This document shows positions 8,837-18,539 of a DNA stretch of 64,000 nucleotides, one piece after another. The stretch is from NCBI GenBank assembly GCA_020633295.1, contig JACKDW010000006.1, forward strand, positions 334,181 through 398,180, written 5' to 3'. The notes under the pieces were generated by a model, which searched no databases, was not told the DNA's origin, and saw only the letters and a program-made list of their open reading frames with translations. The first letter of the stretch is position 1; every line of letters starts with the position of its first letter. The stretch comes from Myxococcales bacterium. GTDB taxonomy: Bacteria > Myxococcota_A > Polyangia > Nannocystales > Nannocystaceae. The translations under genes and the position numbers were made by a program.

Positions 8837-9715
8837 ATGGCGACGACCATTGCGCAAATCGGTGGCTTCGAGCTCTGGGACATCCTCCAGCTGGCTCAGA
8901 CGTCGCGGATGTCGATCAAGCTGTCGGTGGAGTCGCCCTACGGCACCGGCTCGATGTACTTCGAGCACGGGCACCTGCTGCACGCCGAGGCCGAGGACAA
9001 GATCGGGGATGAGGCCGTCAACGTGATGCTGAGCTGGCGCGAGGGCAGCGTGTCGTCGTCGAAGCTCCCGGACAACACGCCCACGACCGTACGCAACAGC
9101 TCGATCAGCGCGCTGCTGCTCGAGCACGCGAGGCTCAGCGACGAGAGCGAACGCGACGCCGAGCGCGAGCGAAAGAAGGCCGCCCAGCAGCGCAAGAAAC
9201 AGGAGCAGGCGCGGCGCAGCCAACCCCCGCCCGCGCCACCACCCGCACCACCACCGGCCCCGCCCCCGCGGGCCGAGCGACGACGGCCAGCACCACCGCC
9301 GACGCCGCCCCCGCAAGAAGAGGACAGCCTGATGGACCTTCAAGCCGTGAAAGCGATCCTGGAAGAGATCGACGAGAATCTCATGGGAGGGCTGCTCGGC
9401 GTTGACATCATCAGCCGGTCGACGAGCATGTCGATCGCCGGGATCAACTCGTCGCGCCACGCGTGCGCCCTGTTCAACAGGATGTACGAGGACCTGCAGA
9501 CCGCGATGGCGTCGAAGGAGTCGCCCGCGAAGCACCTGCGCAAGCTGATCATCGAGGGCGAGAACAACACCTACATCTTCATCATCGAGATCGATAAGCG
9601 GCACCGCTGGGCGATGCTCGTCGACGGTAACCGCGCCGCGCTCGGGATGGTCCTCGCCATCGTCATCCCCGATTACCAGCCGCGGCTGGTCGACGCGCTG
9701 CAGCACTACGCGTAG
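8837..9715 (+). CDS. DUF4388-domain protein with Pro-rich linker and C-terminal roadblock/LC7-like (MglB-like) domain
   Basis: N-terminus IGGFELWDILQLAQTSRMSIKLSVESPYGTGSMYFEHGHLLHAE is DUF4388-like. Linker PPPAPPPAPPPAPPP. C-terminus GVDIISRSTSMSIAGIN...TYIFIIEI...AMLVDGNRAALGMV resembles the roadblock fold. Confidence 0.65.
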   Translation: MATTIAQIGGFELWDILQLAQTSRMSIKLSVESPYGTGSMYFEHGHLLHAEAEDKIGDEAVNVMLSWREGSVSSSKLPDNTPTTVRNSSISALLLEHARLSDESERDAERERKKAAQQRKKQEQARRSQPPPAPPPAPPPAPPPRAERRRPAPPPTPPPQEEDSLMDLQAVKAILEEIDENLMGGLLGVDIISRSTSMSIAGINSSRHACALFNRMYEDLQTAMASKESPAKHLRKLIIEGENNTYIFIIEIDKRHRWAMLVDGNRAALGMVLAIVIPDYQPRLVDALQHYA

Positions 9716-9816
9716 CGAGCGCGGCGCAGGCGGCCGTGAGGTCGCGGATCGCCGCGCGGGTTTTTAGCGCCCAGGCGTCGTGACGCGCCCCGCGTTTCGG
9801 GCTACGCCTCCGGGCG

Positions 9817-10431
9817 ATGGTCTACATCAGCAAGGTCTACACGAAGTTCGGCGACGGCGGCGACACGATGCTCGCCAGCGGCGACACGGTGTCGAAGGGC
9901 TCGCCGCGGGTCGCCGCCTATGGCGAGGTCGACGAGCTGAACGCGACGATCGGCCTGGTCCGCCTCGAGCTCACCCGCGACCCCGCGGTCGAGAGCTCGC
10001 CCGCGCGGGCCGAGTTCGCCGCGCGCCTCGACCTGACCCTCGCGACGATCCAGCAGGAGCTGTTTGATCTCGGGGCCGAGCTGTCGGAGCCCGGCGCGGT
10101 CGCCGGCAAGGCCCGGCTGAAGATCGAGGACGGGGACATCGAGGCGCTCGAGCGGGAGATCGACCGGCTCAACGAGCGCCTCGAGCCGCTGCGATCCTTC
10201 GTGCTCCCGGGTGGCGGACCGGTCGGCGCGGCCGCTCACCTCGCGCGCACCGTCTGTCGCCGCGCCGAGCGCCACGCCGTAGCCCTCGTGCGAGAGCACA
10301 ACGAGCCGATTCGCGGCCAGGCGCTGCGCTACCTCAACCGGCTCAGCGACTACCTCTTCGTCGTCGGCCGCGCCGCGTCCCACGAACTTGGCCACGCCGA
10401 GGTTTTGTGGGATCAGAGGCGTAAACGCTGA
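9817..10431 (+). CDS. ATP:cob(I)alamin adenosyltransferase, PduO-type (MMAB family)
   Basis: N-terminus MVYISKVYTKFGDGGDTMLASGDTVSKGSPRVAAYGEVDELNATIG matches the PduO/Cob_adeno_trans family. Confidence 0.85.
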   Translation: MVYISKVYTKFGDGGDTMLASGDTVSKGSPRVAAYGEVDELNATIGLVRLELTRDPAVESSPARAEFAARLDLTLATIQQELFDLGAELSEPGAVAGKARLKIEDGDIEALEREIDRLNERLEPLRSFVLPGGGPVGAAAHLARTVCRRAERHAVALVREHNEPIRGQALRYLNRLSDYLFVVGRAASHELGHAEVLWDQRRKR

Positions 10432-10446
10432 TTTGACCGTCACGGC

Positions 10447-10677
10447 GTGACAATGACCGAGAAGACCACCCGCAAATTCCGCTACGAGTTCCCCCCGATG
10501 GAGCCGCACTACCTCGAGGCGCCCGACCCCGAGTCCGCGGTGCGCTACATCCGGCGCGTCTACCCGCACAACCTCCACGAGGTCCTGCCGACGCTGCGCG
10601 AGATCCCGCGGTGGCCCGAGTTCTGGAAGGTCCTCGACCATCAGGGGCTCGTGATCCCGCTGCACCGCCGCGGATAG
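10447..10677 (+). CDS. Hypothetical small protein (76 aa)
   Basis: Strong GC3 codon bias. Palindrome GTCACGGCGTGAC overlaps the GTG/ATG start region. No homology recognised. Confidence 0.5.
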   Translation: MTMTEKTTRKFRYEFPPMEPHYLEAPDPESAVRYIRRVYPHNLHEVLPTLREIPRWPEFWKVLDHQGLVIPLHRRG

Positions 10678-10719
10678 CCTCCCTCGCCGGACGAGCGACG
10701 GGTCCTAACGGTCAGGTTC

Positions 10720-11679
10720 TCAGGCGCGCCACGGCGACGGCGCGTCCGCGGGCAGCAGCCCGACCTCGCGACCGCGGCGCAGCAGCTCGACGATCGCGGC
10801 GCGCCCCTCGGCGCCCAGCGACGACGAGTGCTCGTTGACGTAGAGCGCGATGTGCTGGCGACAGACCTCGGGGTCCATCTCCTGCGCGTGCGCGCGGATC
10901 ATCTCGGCGGGCGCCGAGGGGTTCGCCCACGCGTGCTCGATCGAGCGCCGCAGGCCGTCCTCGACGCGGTGAGTTGTCTCAGAGGACAGATCGCGTGAGG
11001 CCGCGATGATCCCCAGCGGCAGCGGCAGCCCGGTGTCGCGCTCCCACAGCGCGCCGAGGTCGGCGAGGAGCTCGAGCCCGAAGCTCGGGTACGTGAAGCG
11101 GCTCTCGTGGATGATGACGCCGGCGTCGCAGCGCCCGTCGGCGACCGCCGGCATGATCTCGTCGAAGCGCATGGGCACCACCGTCTCGGGGGAGAGCGCG
11201 CCCGGCGGGGCGAAGATCCGCAGCAGCAGGTGCGCCGTCGTCAGCGATCCGGGGATCGCCACGCGCCGACCGGCGAGCGCCGCCAGCGAGCCGAGGCCCG
11301 CGCCCCGGCGCTGAACGACGAGCGGACCGCAGCCGCGCCCGAGCGCCGCGCCGCTGTCGAGCGCGCCGTAGCGCCCCGTCAGCAGCCCGAACACGTGCAC
11401 GCTCAGCTTCGTGATCGGCAGCGGCGCGCCGGCGCCCGGCAGCGCCAGCGCCCGGCGGTTGAGCGCCTCGATGTCCTCCATCACCGACGCGAACCGGAGC
11501 CCCGGCACGGGCACGGCGCCCGAGACGAGCCCGTGGAACATGAAGGTGTCATTGGGACAGGGCGAGAAGCCCAGCTCGAGCTCGCCTGCATCGCGTGCGC
11601 GCGTCACGAGCGTGGGGCTACCTCGAGCGCGTCGGCGCGGCCAGCCGCGCGACCGCGCGTCGCGCCTCGCCCCACCCAC
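10720..11679 (-). CDS. mqnD: Menaquinone biosynthesis via futalosine, MqnA/MqnD family (probably 1,4-dihydroxy-6-naphthoate synthase)
   Basis: LELGFSPCPNDTFMFHGLV N-terminal motif typical of the VitK2_biosynth (MqnA/MqnD) family. Adjacent to mqnB as in Streptomyces. Confidence 0.65.
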   Translation of the reverse strand: MGGARRDARSRGWPRRRARGSPTLVTRARDAGELELGFSPCPNDTFMFHGLVSGAVPVPGLRFASVMEDIEALNRRALALPGAGAPLPITKLSVHVFGLLTGRYGALDSGAALGRGCGPLVVQRRGAGLGSLAALAGRRVAIPGSLTTAHLLLRIFAPPGALSPETVVPMRFDEIMPAVADGRCDAGVIIHESRFTYPSFGLELLADLGALWERDTGLPLPLGIIAASRDLSSETTHRVEDGLRRSIEHAWANPSAPAEMIRAHAQEMDPEVCRQHIALYVNEHSSSLGAEGRAAIVELLRRGREVGLLPADAPSPWRA

Positions 11680-12366
11680 TCAGACGTCGCCGGGTCCGGG
11701 GCTGCGGTGGGGGCGGAGGACGCCCTGCGTCACGAGCTCCACCACCGCGTCCTGCACGGCCGCGACCGCGCGCTTGAGATCCCAACCTCCGCGGGCGCGA
11801 TCGCCGGTCCGGTTGCTCACCGCGCGCAGCTGCACCATCGGGATTCCGCGGCGCTGGCACACGTAGGCGACGGCGGCGCCCTCCATGCTCTCGACCCGCG
11901 CCCCCGCCCGCGTCGCCAGGGCGCGCGAGCGCCCGTCGGTGCCGCTGCAGGTGCTGACCGTCGCGCCGTCGACCGCCGGCACGCCGAGCGCGGCGGCGGC
12001 GGCGACCGTCAATTCAGGATCCGCCGTGAACGGGCCGGTGACCGGGAAGCCGAGCCGCGCGAGCTCGGTGAAGCCGCGCTCGTGCTCGACCCCCTCATCC
12101 GCGAGCTGATCGCGACCCACGAGGCACACGTCGCCGACCTCGAGGGCCGGCCCGTCGCCGCCGTGGGCCGGCGGGTACACGCCGCAGATCCCGAACAGCA
12201 CCACCGCCGCGGGACGTCGCGCGGCGAGCTGCTCCACGAGGCCCGCGCACGCGGCGACCTTGCCCACGCCGATCGCCGCGAGCGCGACGTCTCCGCCGCG
12301 CGCCCAGGCCCGGAGCCGACGCGCGAGCCCCTGCCCCTCGACCTCCGCCGCGTGCACCAGCAGCAT
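11680..12366 (-). CDS. mqnB: Futalosine hydrolase (PNP_UDP_1 / MTA-SAH nucleosidase family)
   Basis: Nucleosidase motifs AIGVGKVAAC, VVLFGICG and SMEGAAVAYVC. Operon partner of the MqnA/D-family gene. Confidence 0.7.
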   Translation of the reverse strand: MLLVHAAEVEGQGLARRLRAWARGGDVALAAIGVGKVAACAGLVEQLAARRPAAVVLFGICGVYPPAHGGDGPALEVGDVCLVGRDQLADEGVEHERGFTELARLGFPVTGPFTADPELTVAAAAALGVPAVDGATVSTCSGTDGRSRALATRAGARVESMEGAAVAYVCQRRGIPMVQLRAVSNRTGDRARGGWDLKRAVAAVQDAVVELVTQGVLRPHRSPGPGDV

Positions 12367-12668
12367 CCCGCCCTACGTACCACGGGCGACTGTCGCGCGG
12401 CTCGACGTGAGGGTTACCACGCGCAGGGCGCAGTTGACCTCGCGGCGCGTGGCGAGCTCGCTGCGGGAGCGCTCGGACCCGGCGTCGAGGAGACGCCCGC
12501 AGGACCGCGCAAACGCTTTCGCGTTGGCTTGCACGGGCGCCTGCGATATTGAGGCAGCCGCGCAGGCCCCTCCGCCCCACCGCGGCGCGAGCCGCCTGAC
12601 GCCAGCATGAGCCGCTCGAATGCTGTTCGGCGGCATCCCGGGGTTCACGAGAGACGACCGCTGACACG

Positions 12669-13346
12669 ATGAACGACCGCAAGACCGCCGCCTTTTTTCG
12701 CGCCGAGGGGACCGTGCTCAAGCGCGGCGTGCTCGCGGCCTCGGCCTACCTCGCCGGCAACGCGCAGAAATTCGGTGAGCGCGCGCTCCGGCTCGGGTTC
12801 GTCGCCATGGCCGCGCCGCTGCACGGCCTGCTCGGGCAGAACGACCGCACGCTCGCGACGCGCGTCGCCAACCTCGCGTTCCGCGGGATGACCGAGGACC
12901 GCATCGCCGAGCTCAGCGAGGAGTACGCCCGCGACATCCTCCAGCACAACATCCTCGACCAGGGCGTCGAGCTGATGAAGCGAGCGCGCCGCGAGGGCCA
13001 CCGCGTCGTGCTGCTCTCGGACAACATCCGCCTGATCATGGAGCCGCTGCTGCCGCACCTGCGGCTCGTCGACGAGCTGGTCTGCAACACGCTCGAGTTC
13101 AGAGGCGGCGAGGCGACGGGCAAGCTCCAGGATCCAGTGATCGGCGGCCACGGGTGGAAGCCGTGGCTCGAGCGCTACGCGGCCGAGCATGATCTCGACC
13201 TGTCCCAGAGCGTCGCCTACGGCGCGCACGGGCCCGATCTTCTGCTGCTCTCGACCATCGGGCGCCCGTGCGCGGTCAACCCGGACTACACGCTGCGTCG
13301 CGCCGCGCGCGAAGCTGACTGGCCGGTGATCGAGTACCGCGAGTAG
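12669..13346 (+). CDS. HAD-superfamily subfamily IB hydrolase (SerB/phosphatase-like); first gene of the lipid locus
   Basis: Haloacid dehalogenase-like layout with the motif-I aspartates early in the N-terminus (MNDRKTAAFFRAEGTV, atypically spaced). VVLLSDN is motif II. C-terminal GxHGPD-like motif. 29 nt upstream of the reductase gene. Confidence 0.65.
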   Translation: MNDRKTAAFFRAEGTVLKRGVLAASAYLAGNAQKFGERALRLGFVAMAAPLHGLLGQNDRTLATRVANLAFRGMTEDRIAELSEEYARDILQHNILDQGVELMKRARREGHRVVLLSDNIRLIMEPLLPHLRLVDELVCNTLEFRGGEATGKLQDPVIGGHGWKPWLERYAAEHDLDLSQSVAYGAHGPDLLLLSTIGRPCAVNPDYTLRRAAREADWPVIEYRE

Positions 13347-13375
13347 GCGGTCGACAGCTCCCACGGGGTGAATCC

Positions 13376-15073
13376 ATGGCGAACCCAATCTCGATCCGTC
13401 GCACTTACGCCGGCCGTCACGTGCTGCTGACGGGCGCGTCCGGCTTCCTCGGCAAGGTCTGGCTCGTGATGATGCTCGACCTCGTGCCCGAGATCGGCCG
13501 GGTCTACGTGATCCTGCGCAAGAAGGCGCTGCAGCCGGCGCGCGAGCGGTTTGAGAAGATCGTCGCGAGCTCGCCCGCGTTCGCGCCGCTGCACGATCGC
13601 TACGGCGCCGACCTCGGCCGCTTCCTCGTCGAGCGCGTCGAGCTCGTCGACGGCGACCTCGCCGAGCCCGACCTCGGCCTCGACCCGGCGGTCGCGCGCC
13701 AGCTCGAGCGCGACGTCGACCTCGTCATCCACTGCGCCGGCCTCGTCGACTTCGATCCCGACATCCGCGACGCGCTCACGACCAACGTCGACGGCACCGA
13801 GCACATCGCCAACTTCGTCGAGCGCAGCGATCACGCGGCGCTGCTGCACATCTCGACCTGCTACGTCAGCGGCACGCGCAACGGCGAGATCCCCGAGCAG
13901 CTGATCCCGGACTACGCGCCCGACGGGCACCCCTTCGACACCGAGCTCGAGCGCCGCGACGCCCGGGCCTCGATCGAGCGGATCCTCGCCGACCACGAGG
14001 GCGACGAGAAGGAGACCGAGCTGCACAAGCAGGCGCTCCAGCAGATCCGCGACCGCGGGCTCAACCCCAACAACTCGATGCTGCTGCGCAACATCACGCG
14101 CCGGCTCAAGCGCCAGTCGATCAAGAACGCGATGATCGAGGAGGGCCAGCGGCGCGCGTACAAGCGCGGCTGGCCCAACATCTACACCTACTCGAAGAGC
14201 ATGGCCGAGTCCCTGCTGATCGCGCGCAAGGACCGGATCCCGCGGATGTCGATCCTGCGCCCGGCGATCGTCGAGAGCTCGATGAGCTACCCGTTCCCGG
14301 GCTGGAACCAGGGCTTTAACACCTCGGGGCCGCTCTCGTACGTGCTCGGCACCTGGTTCCGCCACCTGCCCGCGCGCAACAACAACCCCTTCGACGTGAT
14401 CCCGGTCGACTACGTCGCGCGCGCCATCACGATCGCCGGCGCCGCGCTGCTCGAGGGCTGCGCCGCGCCCGTCTACCAGTGCGGGACGTCGGACATCAAC
14501 CGCCTGACGGTCGAGCGCGCCTGCGAGCTGACCGCGCTCGCGCACCGTCGACACCTGCGCGATCGCGGCTCGACGCCGATCGAGCGCGTGCTGCTCTCGC
14601 GCTGGGACGCGGTCGCCAGCGACCCCGAGCACCTGCTCTCGACCGAGAACATCAGCTCGGTCGCCGACGGCTTCGCCAAGCTCATGCGCGGGCTGCCGAA
14701 GCGGTGGCCGACCGGGCTGCATCGCGGCGCCGAGCGCTGGGCGAAGAAAGCGGACAGCGTGCGCGACAAGCTCAACACGATCGACCGCATGCTCACGCTC
14801 TACCTGCCCTTCATCTACGAGAACCACTTCGTGTTCCACTCGAAGGCGCTGCGCGAGCACGAGATCGAGGAGCCCGAGTTCGTCGTCGACACCACCGACA
14901 TCGACTGGCGCGTCTACTGGATCGGCATCCACATGCCCGGCCTGCGCAAGTGGTGCTACCCGCTGTTCGAGGGCAAGACGCCGGAGAAGTACGTGCCCAA
15001 GATCCCGTTCTCGCTCCCCCAGCAGCCAGCCCAGGCGCCGAGCGGCGCGGGGCTGCGCGGAGAGGCCCGCTGA
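13376..15073 (+). CDS. Fatty acyl-CoA/ACP reductase (NAD_binding_4 plus C-terminal sterile/FAR_C domain), alcohol-forming FAR-like
   Basis: VLLTGASGFLGKVWLVMML Rossmann motif. YTYSKSMAESL (YxxxK). C-terminal ~150 aa resembles the FAR male-sterility C-domain. Confidence 0.8.
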   Translation: MANPISIRRTYAGRHVLLTGASGFLGKVWLVMMLDLVPEIGRVYVILRKKALQPARERFEKIVASSPAFAPLHDRYGADLGRFLVERVELVDGDLAEPDLGLDPAVARQLERDVDLVIHCAGLVDFDPDIRDALTTNVDGTEHIANFVERSDHAALLHISTCYVSGTRNGEIPEQLIPDYAPDGHPFDTELERRDARASIERILADHEGDEKETELHKQALQQIRDRGLNPNNSMLLRNITRRLKRQSIKNAMIEEGQRRAYKRGWPNIYTYSKSMAESLLIARKDRIPRMSILRPAIVESSMSYPFPGWNQGFNTSGPLSYVLGTWFRHLPARNNNPFDVIPVDYVARAITIAGAALLEGCAAPVYQCGTSDINRLTVERACELTALAHRRHLRDRGSTPIERVLLSRWDAVASDPEHLLSTENISSVADGFAKLMRGLPKRWPTGLHRGAERWAKKADSVRDKLNTIDRMLTLYLPFIYENHFVFHSKALREHEIEEPEFVVDTTDIDWRVYWIGIHMPGLRKWCYPLFEGKTPEKYVPKIPFSLPQQPAQAPSGAGLRGEAR

Positions 15074-16218
15074 TGACGATCTTCTTGACTGGCAGCAACG
15101 GCTACCTCGGCTCCTACGTCGCCCACGAGCTGCTGCGGCGCGACCCGAACACGCGGCTCGCGCTGCTCGTGCGCGCCAAGAGCCCCGCGCACGCCGAGCA
15201 GCGCCTGTGGCAGGCGTGGCAGCTGCACATGGAGTTCGAGCCGTTCATCGACCTCGTGCGCTCGCGCTGCGACATCTACCTCGGCGATCTCACGGCGCCG
15301 GAGCTCGGCCTCGAGGCGAGCGCGCGCGACCGCCTGATCAAGAGCATGAGCTCGGTGCTGCACGTCGCCGCGTCGCTCAACCGCAAGTCGTCCAAGGCGT
15401 GCTTTAACGTCAACCTGCGCGGCACCCTCTCGGTCATCAAGCTCGCGCGCGCGGCCGCCGATCACCACGGCCTGCGGCGCTTCAGCGACATCTCGACCAC
15501 CGCGGTCGCCGGCCACCGCCAGAGCGAGCTCGTCGCCGAGCACGACATGATCGACTGGTCGCGCAGCGACTACGACCCCTACGCGCGGACCAAGAAGTTC
15601 TGCGAGCACATGATCCACGAGCTGCTGCCGGACGTGCGCTGCACCGTGTTCCGCCCCAGCACCGTGCTCGGCGACAGCCGCTTCCCCGAGACCACGCAGT
15701 TCGACATGACGCGCGCGTTCGTCACGCTCGTCAAGATGCCCGTGCTGCCGCTCGCCGCCGACTGGCGCCACGACGTCGTGCCCGCCGACTACGTCTGCGA
15801 CGGCATCGTCACCGTCCACCAGAGCGACGCGCCCGCGCACGACAGCTACAACCTCAGCGCCGGCGACGCGTCGCCCGACTACCAGACGATCATCGACACG
15901 CTCGTCGCCGCCGGGCTCCCGCGCCGGCGCTTCGCGCCCTGGCTCGCCAAGCCCTTCGAGCTCACGGTCGAGGGGCTGATGGCGACCCCGCGCGGCTGGG
16001 GCGTCTCGCTGCCGGCCTCGCTGATGAAGGTGTTCTGGCCCTACCTGACCTTTAATACAGTGTTCGACAACAGCCGGGTCGTCGCGGCGCTCGGGGGCAG
16101 GCGCCCCGCGCCCTTCACCGACTACGCCTACGGGCTGTTCCGCTTCGCCAGCGAGGGCAACTTCACGTACCCGCACAAGCCCTGGCCCGAGGCCGTCAGC
16201 CCGCGGAAGGTCGCATGA
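15073..16218 (+). CDS. NAD-dependent reductase (NAD_binding_4 / thioester-reductase-like SDR), second reductase
   Basis: IFLTGSNGYLGSYVAHELL Rossmann motif. YARTKKFCEHM (YxxxK). Start ATG overlaps the upstream stop (TGATG). Confidence 0.7.
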   Translation: MTIFLTGSNGYLGSYVAHELLRRDPNTRLALLVRAKSPAHAEQRLWQAWQLHMEFEPFIDLVRSRCDIYLGDLTAPELGLEASARDRLIKSMSSVLHVAASLNRKSSKACFNVNLRGTLSVIKLARAAADHHGLRRFSDISTTAVAGHRQSELVAEHDMIDWSRSDYDPYARTKKFCEHMIHELLPDVRCTVFRPSTVLGDSRFPETTQFDMTRAFVTLVKMPVLPLAADWRHDVVPADYVCDGIVTVHQSDAPAHDSYNLSAGDASPDYQTIIDTLVAAGLPRRRFAPWLAKPFELTVEGLMATPRGWGVSLPASLMKVFWPYLTFNTVFDNSRVVAALGGRRPAPFTDYAYGLFRFASEGNFTYPHKPWPEAVSPRKVA

Positions 16219-17711
16219 CAACATCCAACGAAGTCCCGCGCCCGCGCCGGAAGCGACGCAGGCGCGGCCTGTTTGACTCCCTCAAGGAGGCGCTCGATCC
16301 CGATCGCGCGCTCATGGCGAGCGTCGACGCGCTGATCGAGGCGGTCGCGGTCAAGCACGCGCTCAACGTCGACCAGGAGCGCTGGGCGCCCGGCAAGCCG
16401 CTGAAGCTGCTGCTCACGGGGCACGTCGGCACGCGCAACACCGGCGCCGACGTGCGCGTCGGCGAGATGATCCGGCAGATGCGTCACGTCATCGGCGACG
16501 ACGACCTGCAGCTGACGATCAGCACCTCGGACCCGAGGTGGTCGAGCGGCTACTTCCGCTCGGTCCACCAGGTGCTCCTGCCCCAGGTGTTCCCGCCGTT
16601 TCTGTACCGCGAGTGCCCCAAGCACCACGGCGTGATCGCGTGCGAGGGCTCGATGTTCAAGTCGAAGTTCGCCAGCGCGCTGACCTGCTTCATGGCGGGC
16701 TCGCTGGGGATGGCCGCGGCCGAGCGCAAGCTCGGCGTCGGCTACGGCGCCGAGGCCGGGAGCATGACGCCGGCGCTGCGCAGCTTCGTCAAGCGCCACT
16801 GCAAGGACTCGCTGGTGATGTGCCGCAACCTGCCGTCGCGCGACGTGCTCGGCAAGCTCGGCGTCCGCACCACGCACGGCGCCGACACGGCCTGGACCTT
16901 CGAGCCGGCGCCGCCCGCCGTCGGCCAGAAGCTGCTGCGCGAGGCCGGCTGGGACGGCGAGAAGAAGGTCCTGGCGATCGCGCCGATCAACCCGTTCTGG
17001 TGGCCGGTCAAGCCCGACCTCGTCAAGGCGGCCGCGCGCACCTTCGGCGGGCAGTACCGCGTCGAGCACTACAAGTCGATCTACTTCCACGCGGCCTCGT
17101 CGAAGATCGACCAGGCGCTCGACGACTACCTCCAGGGCATCGCCGACGCGGTCAACGCGTTCTGCCGCGACCGCGACGTGTTCGTGGTGCTCATCGGCAT
17201 GGAGAAGCTCGACCGCCGCGCGGCCGAGCGCCTCAACCCGCTGCTCGATCGCCCGGCGCCGCTGTTCATCAGCGACACCTACGACATGTTCGAGATGATC
17301 AGCGTGCTGCGCAGCTGCGCCATGCTCGTCAGCTCGCGCTTCCACGCGATCGTCTGCTCGATGCCCGGCTTCGTCGCGTCGGCCGGCGTGACGATGGACG
17401 AGCGGATCCGCAACATCATGAACGACCGCGGCACGCCCGACCTGTTCCTCGAGGTCGACGACCCCAACCTCGGCGACAAGCTGCTGCAGATCCTCCACAA
17501 GCTGCACGACGAGCGCGACGCGCTGCGCGACACCATCGGCAAGGCGATCCCCGCGCAGCTCGAGCTCATGGGTCAGATGGGCCTCGACTTCATGGACGAG
17601 GTGTGCCGCGTCTACCCCGAGTTCCCGCGCAAGCAGCTGCCGCGCACGTGGGAGGCCCACCTCCCGCCGATGCCCCCGAACGTGCAGGGCATCCTGGAGC
17701 GCTACGGATGA
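16215..17711 (+). CDS. Polysaccharide pyruvyl transferase-family (PF04230-like) protein
   Basis: C-terminal motif LVSSRFHAIVCSM resembles the pyruvyl-transferase RxHAxI signature. ATGA overlaps at both ends. Function in lipid context unknown. Confidence 0.5.
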   Translation: MTTSNEVPRPRRKRRRRGLFDSLKEALDPDRALMASVDALIEAVAVKHALNVDQERWAPGKPLKLLLTGHVGTRNTGADVRVGEMIRQMRHVIGDDDLQLTISTSDPRWSSGYFRSVHQVLLPQVFPPFLYRECPKHHGVIACEGSMFKSKFASALTCFMAGSLGMAAAERKLGVGYGAEAGSMTPALRSFVKRHCKDSLVMCRNLPSRDVLGKLGVRTTHGADTAWTFEPAPPAVGQKLLREAGWDGEKKVLAIAPINPFWWPVKPDLVKAAARTFGGQYRVEHYKSIYFHAASSKIDQALDDYLQGIADAVNAFCRDRDVFVVLIGMEKLDRRAAERLNPLLDRPAPLFISDTYDMFEMISVLRSCAMLVSSRFHAIVCSMPGFVASAGVTMDERIRNIMNDRGTPDLFLEVDDPNLGDKLLQILHKLHDERDALRDTIGKAIPAQLELMGQMGLDFMDEVCRVYPEFPRKQLPRTWEAHLPPMPPNVQGILERYG

Positions 17712-18517
17712 CCGAGGACGCGAGGATCGGCGACGTGCTCGGGTGGACCTTCCAAGACGGCGTGTACGAGCTGACGCTCGACCAGGCGCCGTGCAACGAG
17801 ATCGGCGCGCGGATGCTCGAGGCGCTCGAGGGCTTCCTCGACAGCATCACGCCGAACCTCGACAGCGCCCACGCGCTCATCATCCGCAGCGCGCTGCGCA
17901 GCGGCTTCTGCGCTGGCGCCGACCTGCGCGCGCTCTACCGCGGCCTGCAGGAGGCCGAGTCGGCGAGCGGCCGCCGCCAGCTCGCGCAGTTCATCGACCG
18001 CATCCACGCGGTCATGGATCGCCTCGACACGCTCCCGCTCGTCACCGTCGGCGTGATCAACGGCATCTGCTTCGGCGGCGGCCTCGAGCTCGCGCTGACC
18101 TGCGACATCCTGATCGCCGAGAAGTCCGCGCGCTTCGCCTTCCCCGAGCTGCGGCTCGGCATCGTGCCTGGCTTCGGGGGCATCCCCCGGCTCAAGCGCG
18201 AGGTCGGCAACGCGGTCGTCCGCGACCTGCTGCTGACCGGCCGCAGCGTCAACGCCCGCAAGGCGCAGGCGGTCGGCCTCGTGAGCCAGCTGGTGCCCGT
18301 GGGCGAGGGCCTCACGGCCGCGCGCGCGCTGGCCAAGCAGGCCGCGAAGTTCGACCCGACCGCGCGCGTCGCCGCCAAGCGCTTCATCAAGCCGCTCCCA
18401 CGCGCGGAGCTGCACGAGGAGAAGCGCCTGTTCCTCGAGCTGGCGAGCCGGCCCACGCTCATGGAGGCGCTCAAGCGCTTCGTCGAGAGCGAGGACGTCC
18501 GCCCCTACCTGCCCTGA
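17708..18517 (+). CDS. Enoyl-CoA hydratase/isomerase (crotonase fold)
   Basis: FCAGADL oxyanion motif, GICFGGGLELALTCD, and FPELRLGIVPGFGG. Confidence 0.85.
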   Translation: MTEDARIGDVLGWTFQDGVYELTLDQAPCNEIGARMLEALEGFLDSITPNLDSAHALIIRSALRSGFCAGADLRALYRGLQEAESASGRRQLAQFIDRIHAVMDRLDTLPLVTVGVINGICFGGGLELALTCDILIAEKSARFAFPELRLGIVPGFGGIPRLKREVGNAVVRDLLLTGRSVNARKAQAVGLVSQLVPVGEGLTAARALAKQAAKFDPTARVAAKRFIKPLPRAELHEEKRLFLELASRPTLMEALKRFVESEDVRPYLP

Positions 18518-18539
18518 TCAAGCCCCCGCGAGCAGCACC

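Noticed and set aside
11107-12552. 481-aa plus-strand ORF
   Set aside because: Antisense to mqnD/mqnB. Arg/His-rich junk translation.
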